In this document: positions 18,701-26,898 of the stretch, piece by piece
Numbering within the stretch: the stretch's first letter is position 1
Layout of the letters: each line of letters begins with the position of its first letter
The notes under the pieces: generated by a model
Database searches by the model: none
Told to the model about the DNA's origin: nothing
The model's input: only the letters and a program-made list of their open reading frames with translations
Position numbers and translations under genes: made by a program
Virus record (IMG/VR): IMGVR_UViG_3300010300_000001
DNA: 44,459 bases
Strand: one strand, 5' to 3'
Source of the DNA: a virus

Positions 18701-21700
18701 CCGCGCACACCGTCTGTGGACGCCGTGTCTCGCGGCTCTAAGGTGTCGGAGCAGGCCGCGCAGATGATCGCCCAAACCATTGGCGAGGGCACTCTGGGCG
18801 ATGTCCTAAACAGTCGCTCCAAAACCGCGTCGATGCTTAGCGCGCTGGTCAAGTCCGGCGCCTTCGACGAGGCTGAAATTGAGTCACTCATGGAGGGCCA
18901 GAGTGGCCTGCTGACTAAGGCCGGCCGCGAGCTGGTTGAAAAAACCATCATTGGCTCGCTTGTCACGGACGTGCAACGTCTGTCGGCTTTGCCTGCAAGT
19001 GCGCGAGGCAAGATGATTCGGTCGCTGCCGTCGCTGATGCGCCTGTCGGCAAGCTGGCCGCAGTTCAAGCATCACCTGGCGGCCATGTTCGATGGGCTGG
19101 CCACGATGCGCGGGGCCGACACTAATCTGGCAACGGAGGTTGACCAGACTAGCCTAGAGGACGAGCCGTGGAAGCGCGACATGGTGGCCGTCGCGCTGCT
19201 AAGCGAATTCATGGGCCGGGGGCCCAAGTCCTGGAACGAATTTGCCAAGGACCTGGTGACGGCCGTTACCGAGGCCAACATGCAGCAGGGCGCCATGTTT
19301 GGCGAGCCTGTGGCGGCTGATCCGGTAGAGGCGCTGTTGAAGCTGGTTGGCGATACACCGATGGGGCGCCGGCTTGCGCAGGCCAGCAACTTTGACCCGA
19401 CCGTTCAAATGCAAGAGGCCGAGGCGGCCCCGGAGGCGGCCCCGGAGGCGGAGGCCGAGGTTGACGCGCCTGCCGCCGAAGAGCCTGCTGCCGAAGAGTC
19501 CGTTGCCGCCGAACTGCCGCAGGTGCCGGCCAGAAAGCGGCGCTACTCGCCTGCCACTGAGCAAATGGCCGACGCGCTCAGGCAGCTCGCGCTGGAGCCG
19601 GAGTTGGTTGCCGGCAGGTCGTTTGGCCGCCTTGAAGATGCAGACATTGCATTCCTGGCTCGCCAGGCGGCTGCGGCCGTGGCTGAAGAGTGGGGCACGT
19701 CTGAGTTTGTGGAGTTCGCTACAGAGCTTGCCACAAAGCATTCTCAGATCGACTTCAACACGGCCATAGCTTTTATCCATGGCGTTGACGCCCTGGCCCG
19801 CTCTGCGGGATCGCAACTGCCTGGCTTTGATGTAAGCGGCACCATTGAGGCCATGCTGAGCTCGGTGGCTGTGGGGCGCGAGCGCTCTGAGCTCGAGACC
19901 GCTGGCCTGGTGGGCAACTACGTCAGGACCACGCTGCAAGCGGAAATGGAGTCCCGTCTCGGGGGCGAGCAGGAAGCCGATGCCGAGGCCCGCGAAGCGC
20001 CGGACCTTGCTTGGTTTGATGCTTCGCGCAAGAGCCCAGCGTTCTCGCAGCTAGGCGAGCTTGCGGACGAGCAAGATGGCGTTCGCAAAGGCGACGTGGT
20101 GGTGGTGCTTGACGGCACCCGCATGCGCATTGATCGGGCAAGCACGGTCAACCGTGACCGGGACGTTATGCGCTACGATAGCGGCGAAGGCCGCATCGAA
20201 GGCACGGAAGGCTCGTTTAGCCCTGGGAGCAAGCGGCCTGTGCGCCGCAACATGCAGCAGCCCGTGCTAGTTATTCCCAAGCGCTTTGTGGACAACGACG
20301 CGTACCTTGCGCTGTCTACAGGCGACAAGCGGCCGGCTGTAGATACAAGCAGCCAGGAGGCGTACGAGCGCAGCGTGGACGACGCGATGAACTTCATTGC
20401 AAACAACTTGCTGCGCGAACCGTCCAAGGCTCACCGCAAGGCCGACCGGGAAACTCTACTCAATCTGCGCAACGAGCTCGCTGGCCAGCAGGCCGCAGCC
20501 CCTGAGGCGGCTAAGCCGGCGGCAGACGCAAGCTACGAGCAGATTGAGCGCGAGTACCTGCAAAGCATTCGTGATGCGCTGGGCGTCGATGAGCAGCAGG
20601 CGGCCGTGCTGTCTTACCTAATGGATTCAATGGGCCTCGACCGCAGCACCATTGACTTTATGCGAGGCAGCACGCCAGACCCCCGCTTGCTCAACCAGCG
20701 AGTGTGGCATGGCTCAAGCGCGGCGTTTAGCAGGTTCGACACCGGGTTTATTGGCACCGGCGAAGGCGAGCAAGCCTATGGGTGGGGCCTGTATTTTGCG
20801 TCGCGCAAATCGGTTGCGGAATGGTATCGCGTACAGATTGCGGGTCGCGGAAAGGTAGATCAGCCGCACCTGCTTTTGCAGCAGCGCACCAGGAGCGACG
20901 AGCCTGGCGCAGTTGTTTATAACTATGAAGAGCTTCGCTTCCTCGGCCAGCGCATTCAGGACGCGTGGCGGGAGTGGTTCAGAGCCGCCAGCCAGTCGGA
21001 GACGGGCCCCCCTAGCGCAATGGAGCAGATGGATTGGCTCAACCGCGCGTTGAAGTCAATGCTTGCCGATGCGGAGGCTGAGCTTGCGCGGCAGCGAGCC
21101 GGCGGCCCGAACACGTCGCCAGTGCTTTTGCGCGCAGCCGAGAGAATCGCTGGCAGAATGCGCGATGTCGTCAACGGCACTAATGACGTTGGGTTTGAGG
21201 TGACGCTGGCTGGTCATAGAGGGCAACTGTACGAGGTCGAGCTCCATCCGGCCGAGAGCCAGTATTTGCTCTGGGAGGCAAACGCCTCAGGCCGTTTCTA
21301 TCTCGGTGGTGGAAAACAGAGTCGCCGGGTGCAGACCGCGCTTCAGCCGATTGTCGAGCTTGTGTTTACAAGCCAGGGGCGTCGCGTGCCACGCTACCTT
21401 AGTGGAGAAGAGTTGTACAAGGAGCTGGTCTCCTACTTTGAGCAGAGGCCGCTGCCCAAAGGCCAGTCTGCGCAAATGGCAGCGTCGCTCAAGCTACTTG
21501 AATCGGGTGTGCGCGGCATCAAATACGTAGACGGGGTAAGCCGGAAGAAAGTGGGCCCGCTCCACTACAACTACGTAGTTTTCGACGCGGCAGACACGCG
21601 AATGACGCGTTTCTTCCAGCAGGGCAACGAAGTGCAGGGGCAGGTTGAGTTGGCCCAGGATGGCCGCGCAATCATCACTGGCTTCGAATCTGCCAACTTC

Positions 21701-24700
21701 AGTACCGGCGTCCATGAGATTGCGCACGTAGCTCGCCGCCGCCTGGTCAACCGCGAGGTGCCAGCCAGCGAGCGCGAAGGCATTACGTCGCAGGACATCC
21801 TAGAGGCCGAAACGTGGTGCGGCGTCGAGGACGGCAACTGGACTGAAGAGGCCGAGGAAAGGTTTGCCCGCGGCTTCGAGAAGTACCTGATTGACGGCAA
21901 GGCGCCGAACGCGCAGCTGCACGCGATGTTCCGCGTCATTGCCCAGTGGATGCGTCGGCTGTACGAGCATGTGCTGACCCGCACGGCCGGCACGCCGTAC
22001 GAGGTCAAGCTGACCCCCGAAATGACTCGCGTGTATGACGCTCTGGTGACGCGGGGCCAGTACACCGGCCCAGAACAGGAGGGCGAGGTTCATGGCCCTG
22101 TCAAGGAGGTCGATGGAGTCAGGCCAGTTCGGTGGGTTGGAGGCAACGTGGATGTGGCGTACAACCGCCGCTACGACATTGTTCACCGCACGTGGAACAA
22201 GGACCCGCAGAAACGTAACACGATCATCTACGTGTTCGACGTTGACCCGTCGCGCAACTACTCGCCGGCCGACGTGTATCGAATCGCCTACACCAGCGGC
22301 ATGATCCCCAAGGGCGGTGGCAGCACAGGCGCCGAGGAGATTCAGACCCCGCACGGATTTTATGTCCGCCGGCAAAAAACCAACCGTGGGCTCAAGAACG
22401 ATTGGGTGCTGAATCCTGAGTTCCAAGAGGAAGATGCGGCGACTGAGGCTGCCGCGCCGGACGCCGAGGGCCTGGCCGGAAGCGAGGCAGACCCCCAGCC
22501 TGATGGCGGGCAGGATCTGAGTCGGTGGTTTGAGCGGCGAAGAAAGCAGCAGATTGATTTTCTGCGGCCGTTCATCGACGCCGTGGTTGAAGACTTCATC
22601 GGCACCTTGCCCGAAAAGTCTCGCGCCAGTGCCCGACAAGCGCTTAGCGGCACAACTTTCAGCAGCGACTTGGCCGTGGGTGATCGCGTTGTGGCTGCTG
22701 CGGCCTTTCGTGGCTACCAGTACGTAGACACGTACCCGGATGGGCCCGCCGATGCCCCGGCGCTTTACAGGGACGGGATGGTTGTTGCCGACCGCAACAA
22801 CTACACCGCGACGGGCATGAAGCTATTCGCCTACATTGCCAGGCAGCGCACCCGCGAGCTCGAGGAGGCCATTGCGGGCGCCCCTAGCTTCTGGCGCGAA
22901 GGGGCAATCGAGGTCGCGCAGCCGGGGTACAGGGTGGTTGGTCTAGTTGACCAAAAGACGCATGAGCTCCAGCAAGACGGAAGCTGGCTGGAGATTGACC
23001 CAGACGCTGAGTCCTACACGGGCCTAGAGCTTCCTGCGCGCCCTGAGGGCCTGCCTGACTGGCACCCGCCGCTAAACGAGCACGACGCGTTTGGCGATAT
23101 GACCCGGCCCGCTGAGCCTGAAATGATCGGGCCGGTGATGCCGGAGGATGAACGCCGGGCTCTGGAAGCTGCGCAAATCCTGATTGAGCGCGAGCGCCGC
23201 AAGCGCCGTAAGCTGCCGCCGGGCGAGCAGTCAAACCTCTTCGGCCCTGGCGAACCCGTTGACCTCGACCCGCCTAGCGATTCTGGCGGCGATCGTGGCT
23301 TGCAGCCGCCGGCTTCGTTTGAGGGCGGGCCCCGGCCCGGACCGGAGGACGTGGAGGGCGTGCGCCGCTCGTTTGCTTTGGGCGCGCAGCCCAGGGTCAA
23401 GCGCGCAAACGTCAGTGGCGACCCGAACGTGCGCAACTACGTGCGCGCCAGCGACGTGCAGATGGGCCGCAAAGGCGAGTACATGGCCAGCATCAAGCAG
23501 GCCGAAAAAGACGCGACTCGCATGCTCGAGGAGATGGGGGAAGAAGCCTTTGTTGAAAACTTCCTGACCAGGGCCCGCGAGGGAGTGCTGCACGATCAGG
23601 TGGAGTTCCTTGCAGCCCGACGCATTAGCGCCAACCTGATCAGAGATGCCCTGGGCATGGGGGGCACAGACAGGCATGCGCGTGCCATTGAGTTCATGTG
23701 GGCGTACCGTGCCGCGAGGGGCCAGGTGGCTCGTTCGCTTGGCATGGTGCGCGACGTGTTCCCTCGTACCGCACGCGAGCAGCTGGCCGATGTCTTGGCC
23801 ATGCCTAGCCAGCGAGTGCGCCGCCGGTTCCTGAACCTGGAAAAGAAGCGCCGCGAGCTGCGAGAGAAGGAGCGCGCACAGGCCAGCGAAGCCAGTCGCA
23901 AGCGCCTGCGAAAGGAGCTCGAGCGCATTGAGCGCCAGATCGACGCAGAGCTGAAGCGCGAGTCTGAGCGCATGCAGAAAGCGCTGGAGAAGCTGCAAGA
24001 AGATGGGTTGAACCCCGAGACCGTGATTGAATCCGACCTTATGGATCCCAACACGCGCGGCCGTATCGCCAAGGCTATTGCTGAGGCCAGGTCGAACAAG
24101 TGGGATTGGTTCTTGGCATACCAGTACAATGCAATGCTGTCGTTTGCCGGAACGCACGCGCGCAACATTGCCGGCAACACGCTAAACACTCTCCAAGAGC
24201 AGTTTGTGCAGCGTGGGGTTGAGGCGGGCATTGCCCGCGCCCTGCGGCTGTTTGCTCCTGGGAACTTTGAGGCGGCGCCGAAGTTTGGCGAGTTCAAGGT
24301 AATGGCCCAGATGCTGCCGGAGGCGTTTATGCAAGGCGCCCTGAACGGGTGGCTGGGCTACAAAAACAACGTCAGCGCCACGGCCCTGTACTTCCAAGCC
24401 ATGGGCATCGAGGTGCAGGACATGAGCCGTATCGAGCAGGACATTGCGCGGCAGGTGGGCAGCGGAAAGCTGCTGTACCTTGACTACCTGGGCACCCGCC
24501 TGCTGCAAGGCATGGATGACTGGGCCAAGACGTTCGTGGCTATCATCGAGATGCACGCCCGCTCGTATCGCGAGGCAGTCAACATGGGGCTCAAGAATCC
24601 CAAGGACATTGAGAAGCAAATGCGCATCTTCATGCTCGACGTGCAGCACCCGCTGCATCAAGAGGCGTGGACTGCGGCGCTCAAAACTGCGTTCCAGTTG

Positions 24701-26032
24701 CCGCCGGGCGAGTTCACTACCGGCTTGCTGAACCTGCGCAACAAGGCTGACTCAGCGTGGGATGTCCCGATGGGCACTCTCATGTTCCCGTTCGTGAACA
24801 CGCCGACCCAAATCTTCCAAGCGGGCCTGCGCAAAATCCCGCCGTCCAAGCTGATTCAGATGGCTGTGCGAGCCGTGCGCACCGTCAAGGCTGCCCGAGC
24901 CGATGAAGGCGCCGAAGATGTCGCCAAGGGGCGCACCGTGTACACGGGCGCGGAAGGCCAGCGGCAGTTGGTTGAGGATCTGGCCGATTTGGTGATTGGT
25001 GTCGGCGTGTTCTGGACCGTCATTGCCCTACTTGCTGGAGACGACGACGACCCGCGCCCGAAGATTACTGGTTCGCTGAAGCCGTGGGGGTCAGAGCGGG
25101 AGCTCCAGTACCGCGCTGCGCCGGCAATGTCGGTGCGCTTTGGGGACAGTTACTACTCGTATGCCGGGCTCGAGCCCCTTGCCACGTATGCGGCGCCGGT
25201 CGTTGACGCAGCAGAGCGCTGGCTGGGTGCTGTAAATGGCGGAACTAAGGAGCAGATCCTTGCTGCCAACACTAACGTGCTCAACTCCATCGTCGGTCTG
25301 GTTCGAGACAAGACCTACCTCCAGGGCTTTGGCGAGCTGGTGGACTTGGTGCAGTCTGGAGGCAAGTCACAATCGCTTGCAGATTTCATGTCCGACACGT
25401 TCTTCACGCGAATGGTGCCCAACGTCATTCGCGGAACGGCCAGAGAGTCGGACGAGTACCTGCGCCTAAGCCGCACCGCAGAAAAGTCGCTGCTGGGCCG
25501 CACGCTCAACGTAGACAAGCTGTTGCCTGTGCCTCCGCGAGTTGCGCGCTACCTGGGCATTGACCCTGCGCCGCCCAAGCGGGATATCTGGGGCCGCCCC
25601 ATTCCTCGAGGCGTGCAGATTGACTGGTCGTTTGGCGGGCTTGCCGGCCACCTGATGAAGGAGGCCGTGGGCCCCAAGAAGATGAACCCGGTGATGAAGG
25701 CCGACCTGGCCATCATGGCCTGGAACAGTATGGTGGAGCGCGGAGAGGCGATTGATCCCCGGACAGGGGACGTTGCAGAGCCGCTAAAGTTTGCTGGTAA
25801 GCGCGTCGGGCAGAACTGGTCGTCCGAAGAGGTTGACTTCGTAATGCGCGAAGGCGGCGGGCGGGCTCAGCGCGCTATCCAGGGGCTTGTTATTCGAGAC
25901 GTATCCAATCCCACGTGGTACGAAATGCAGGCGATTCGGAAGATACTGGATAAATCGTATGACGCTGCCATGAAGCAGGTGCGCGCGCAGCGCCGTGTGC
26001 GCAAGGCCCAGGAGCTCTCAACCACCAGGTAG
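15701..26032 (+). CDS. Giant multidomain (polyvalent-type) protein, 3443 aa, probably virion-borne
   Basis: Single uninterrupted ORF of 10,332 nt with a GGAAGGA Shine-Dalgarno. Motifs: HELVH (nt 17627-17641); ParB-like PPIVTLDGVVLGGNARTMGL (nt about 18431-18487); WHGS...GWGLYFAS...LHYNYVVFD (nt 20705-21595); HEIAH (nt 21713-21727) followed by EERFARGFEKYLIDGKAP; basic coiled coil (nt about 23828-24010); transmembrane-like LVIGVGVFWTVIALLAG (nt about 24983-25039). Confidence 0.85.
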   Translation: MATVQEPQDFTAFADRYWQVRGSGGPIGDEQLRPLLDEFGLPYWSGMEAALDEGVGRTKDFRTVVEESELADYLPFFAGAAQVDELLQIRSAANAVAEGTATQEQEDVVIRYMVDMATPGTWGGQVASLLVDMPAFMGEFAASGGVASLLKTGGKKVAGKLLRETIDQAAQKQAAGGVMKSLAKRGVNVGTHFGVQMGLGGVGGQRIMASTLQRTLGQAGMVLDENQAGELEVLMSSTLPQIEESLDIGITDYAIEVASEMSGGAIGKVVPIDKLTGMVLRGIQARAFAKGAQKYGVDKAMNFLAKSGWNGPMNEVLEEVAGNAMRAAAPNLEETADDIIPSWEEFTAMYVGFAVPGLAGGALGLGSDSMTSGPGKLPKGAARFETAEEAEQAGQRMGLVEPVASESADGFGLRRYADGPLVSEQEVSARVPARAPAPDADVDADAEPGTVDAEVVDTKAPPAEELSEEDEDFLLQPEYEDSDVLYQQLDAGAEGEYRRERAAVVFDEAERYASASGERAYVVTDPSNRALNYASRQEAIDLVQSGQGKVLAVLEPSREAEPARTILRDAQQVWGANATIVEPNLEREDVRAAQELAKRAGVRFVMVDPGEGAEDAPLGASARVGTIMVNARNKPPADEIAAHELVHELRRSNPELFDQLVDVLQRTAGERIEEARGSRDMSDEEAIARYAEPLAKLMRRMGTPQGRKLLRDIALEQPRLFDKIIDTVRRILAKIGLVQSPVMERKRLRMQEQLADLGERVTQEDVRAARLLHDSLTFIGKARLAGLLTGDEQGEVKLREAYLEEDPDRALRYRDDDMLGQSWAEDKERKLILADGTEIPFRYRVVNASDLLPSHDARRGFRQNPGGDKNERTYHIESQSKASRKNVRDIASDPQPERIFNTAPDPNTGPPIVTLDGVVLGGNARTMGLQLLYHNAWEKQENVDAAERVAQAAVQFAAREMGEEAEAVAIELEQPVIVRELQIATIPGALSRELNKDAAAPRTPSVDAVSRGSKVSEQAAQMIAQTIGEGTLGDVLNSRSKTASMLSALVKSGAFDEAEIESLMEGQSGLLTKAGRELVEKTIIGSLVTDVQRLSALPASARGKMIRSLPSLMRLSASWPQFKHHLAAMFDGLATMRGADTNLATEVDQTSLEDEPWKRDMVAVALLSEFMGRGPKSWNEFAKDLVTAVTEANMQQGAMFGEPVAADPVEALLKLVGDTPMGRRLAQASNFDPTVQMQEAEAAPEAAPEAEAEVDAPAAEEPAAEESVAAELPQVPARKRRYSPATEQMADALRQLALEPELVAGRSFGRLEDADIAFLARQAAAAVAEEWGTSEFVEFATELATKHSQIDFNTAIAFIHGVDALARSAGSQLPGFDVSGTIEAMLSSVAVGRERSELETAGLVGNYVRTTLQAEMESRLGGEQEADAEAREAPDLAWFDASRKSPAFSQLGELADEQDGVRKGDVVVVLDGTRMRIDRASTVNRDRDVMRYDSGEGRIEGTEGSFSPGSKRPVRRNMQQPVLVIPKRFVDNDAYLALSTGDKRPAVDTSSQEAYERSVDDAMNFIANNLLREPSKAHRKADRETLLNLRNELAGQQAAAPEAAKPAADASYEQIEREYLQSIRDALGVDEQQAAVLSYLMDSMGLDRSTIDFMRGSTPDPRLLNQRVWHGSSAAFSRFDTGFIGTGEGEQAYGWGLYFASRKSVAEWYRVQIAGRGKVDQPHLLLQQRTRSDEPGAVVYNYEELRFLGQRIQDAWREWFRAASQSETGPPSAMEQMDWLNRALKSMLADAEAELARQRAGGPNTSPVLLRAAERIAGRMRDVVNGTNDVGFEVTLAGHRGQLYEVELHPAESQYLLWEANASGRFYLGGGKQSRRVQTALQPIVELVFTSQGRRVPRYLSGEELYKELVSYFEQRPLPKGQSAQMAASLKLLESGVRGIKYVDGVSRKKVGPLHYNYVVFDAADTRMTRFFQQGNEVQGQVELAQDGRAIITGFESANFSTGVHEIAHVARRRLVNREVPASEREGITSQDILEAETWCGVEDGNWTEEAEERFARGFEKYLIDGKAPNAQLHAMFRVIAQWMRRLYEHVLTRTAGTPYEVKLTPEMTRVYDALVTRGQYTGPEQEGEVHGPVKEVDGVRPVRWVGGNVDVAYNRRYDIVHRTWNKDPQKRNTIIYVFDVDPSRNYSPADVYRIAYTSGMIPKGGGSTGAEEIQTPHGFYVRRQKTNRGLKNDWVLNPEFQEEDAATEAAAPDAEGLAGSEADPQPDGGQDLSRWFERRRKQQIDFLRPFIDAVVEDFIGTLPEKSRASARQALSGTTFSSDLAVGDRVVAAAAFRGYQYVDTYPDGPADAPALYRDGMVVADRNNYTATGMKLFAYIARQRTRELEEAIAGAPSFWREGAIEVAQPGYRVVGLVDQKTHELQQDGSWLEIDPDAESYTGLELPARPEGLPDWHPPLNEHDAFGDMTRPAEPEMIGPVMPEDERRALEAAQILIERERRKRRKLPPGEQSNLFGPGEPVDLDPPSDSGGDRGLQPPASFEGGPRPGPEDVEGVRRSFALGAQPRVKRANVSGDPNVRNYVRASDVQMGRKGEYMASIKQAEKDATRMLEEMGEEAFVENFLTRAREGVLHDQVEFLAARRISANLIRDALGMGGTDRHARAIEFMWAYRAARGQVARSLGMVRDVFPRTAREQLADVLAMPSQRVRRRFLNLEKKRRELREKERAQASEASRKRLRKELERIERQIDAELKRESERMQKALEKLQEDGLNPETVIESDLMDPNTRGRIAKAIAEARSNKWDWFLAYQYNAMLSFAGTHARNIAGNTLNTLQEQFVQRGVEAGIARALRLFAPGNFEAAPKFGEFKVMAQMLPEAFMQGALNGWLGYKNNVSATALYFQAMGIEVQDMSRIEQDIARQVGSGKLLYLDYLGTRLLQGMDDWAKTFVAIIEMHARSYREAVNMGLKNPKDIEKQMRIFMLDVQHPLHQEAWTAALKTAFQLPPGEFTTGLLNLRNKADSAWDVPMGTLMFPFVNTPTQIFQAGLRKIPPSKLIQMAVRAVRTVKAARADEGAEDVAKGRTVYTGAEGQRQLVEDLADLVIGVGVFWTVIALLAGDDDDPRPKITGSLKPWGSERELQYRAAPAMSVRFGDSYYSYAGLEPLATYAAPVVDAAERWLGAVNGGTKEQILAANTNVLNSIVGLVRDKTYLQGFGELVDLVQSGGKSQSLADFMSDTFFTRMVPNVIRGTARESDEYLRLSRTAEKSLLGRTLNVDKLLPVPPRVARYLGIDPAPPKRDIWGRPIPRGVQIDWSFGGLAGHLMKEAVGPKKMNPVMKADLAIMAWNSMVERGEAIDPRTGDVAEPLKFAGKRVGQNWSSEEVDFVMREGGGRAQRAIQGLVIRDVSNPTWYEMQAIRKILDKSYDAAMKQVRAQRRVRKAQELSTTR

Positions 26033-26038
26033 CCAAAC

Positions 26039-26317
26039 ATGGACACTAACGATCCGCAAAACGGCTGGACGGAATATCGCGCACTTGTGCTTAGCGAGCT
26101 GGAGAGACTCGACACAAGCATGAAAAACAACCATGACCACCATACGGCGCAGCTGTTGAACGTGGAGGCCCGCCTGTCCGACAAGCTGCACAACATTAAC
26201 AACCACCTGCAAGCCACCACCGTCGAAGTGACTGCGTTGCAGGTGAAGGCGGGTCTGTGGGGGGCCCTGGCCGGGCTGATCCCCACGCTGACAGTTCTAC
26301 TGCTCCGTACTCTCTAG
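26039..26317 (+). CDS. Small coiled-coil protein with a C-terminal membrane anchor (XhlA/holin-like architecture)
   Basis: 92 aa. The C-terminus GLWGALAGLIPTLTVLLLRTL is hydrophobic. Last gene of the plus-strand block. Confidence 0.4.
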   Translation: MDTNDPQNGWTEYRALVLSELERLDTSMKNNHDHHTAQLLNVEARLSDKLHNINNHLQATTVEVTALQVKAGLWGALAGLIPTLTVLLLRTL

Positions 26318-26898
26318 CCTGCTGGCGGAGGGCCGCCAATCAGGCCGGCGCTGTTGGCCGCCAGCGCTTTGACCTCGCGCCTTTGCTGCGCGTCGCCAGC
26401 CATGGCCACGTACGTCTTGATGAAGTTGGGCCGTATGTTGCGCACTGCATCGCCCACTTGGGCCTTGCCAAGATCGCTGGGCTTGCCAAGGCGCCGAAGC
26501 ACGGCCGCGGCGCGCGGGTGCTCCTTGCTAAAAGCCTCCTCGAGCATGTGGCTGTCCCACCGTGTTAGGTTGGCCGGTGTCCAGTCGCCTCGAATGAACT
26601 TGTGGGCGACCTCCCACGCCTTGGCCGCCTCGGCGTCCAGAGCTTCGCCCTGCCGGACCTTGCCAGCGCTCTTCAGGGCAAGCATGCGTAGCTCCCCGGA
26701 TCGTGGCGGGTGAGGGTGCGCCTCGCGCAGCCACAGGACTGTAGCGGCCAGCAGCAGCTCGTCGTCTACGTCAGCCAGCACGCCCAACCAGACCTCTTTC
26801 TGCTCCTTGGTTAGGTTGCGTGAAACCCGGTCGCCGTACTCGGCAACCAGCACCTCAAAACACCTCGATATCGCTGTCGGTGATGCCATCGTTGTCAT
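26314..26898 (-). CDS. Helicase-loader-like protein (G39P-like N-terminus). Start uncertain: 26898, 26889 or a GTG near 26854.
   Basis: The pattern ...EQKEVWLGVLADVDDELLLAATVLWLREAHPHPPRSGELR resembles phage helicase loader N-domains. Last gene of the minus-strand early block. Confidence 0.4.
   Translation of the reverse strand: MTTMASPTAISRCFEVLVAEYGDRVSRNLTKEQKEVWLGVLADVDDELLLAATVLWLREAHPHPPRSGELRMLALKSAGKVRQGEALDAEAAKAWEVAHKFIRGDWTPANLTRWDSHMLEEAFSKEHPRAAAVLRRLGKPSDLGKAQVGDAVRNIRPNFIKTYVAMAGDAQQRREVKALAANSAGLIGGPPPAG

Noticed and set aside
15851-25651. Dozens of 60-300-aa ORFs on the opposite strand or in other frames within the giant gene, and similar ones inside the other long genes
   Set aside because: They are Arg/Pro/Ala/Gly-rich and lack start contexts. 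They are the expected stop-poor shadow frames of GC-rich coding DNA.
15701-26032. The giant protein as an N4-like virion RNA polymerase (similar size, about 3500 aa)
   Set aside because: I could not find T7-like single-subunit RNAP motifs by eye. The recognisable modules (ParB-like, H-Y-x, HExxH) point to a polyvalent-type protein instead.
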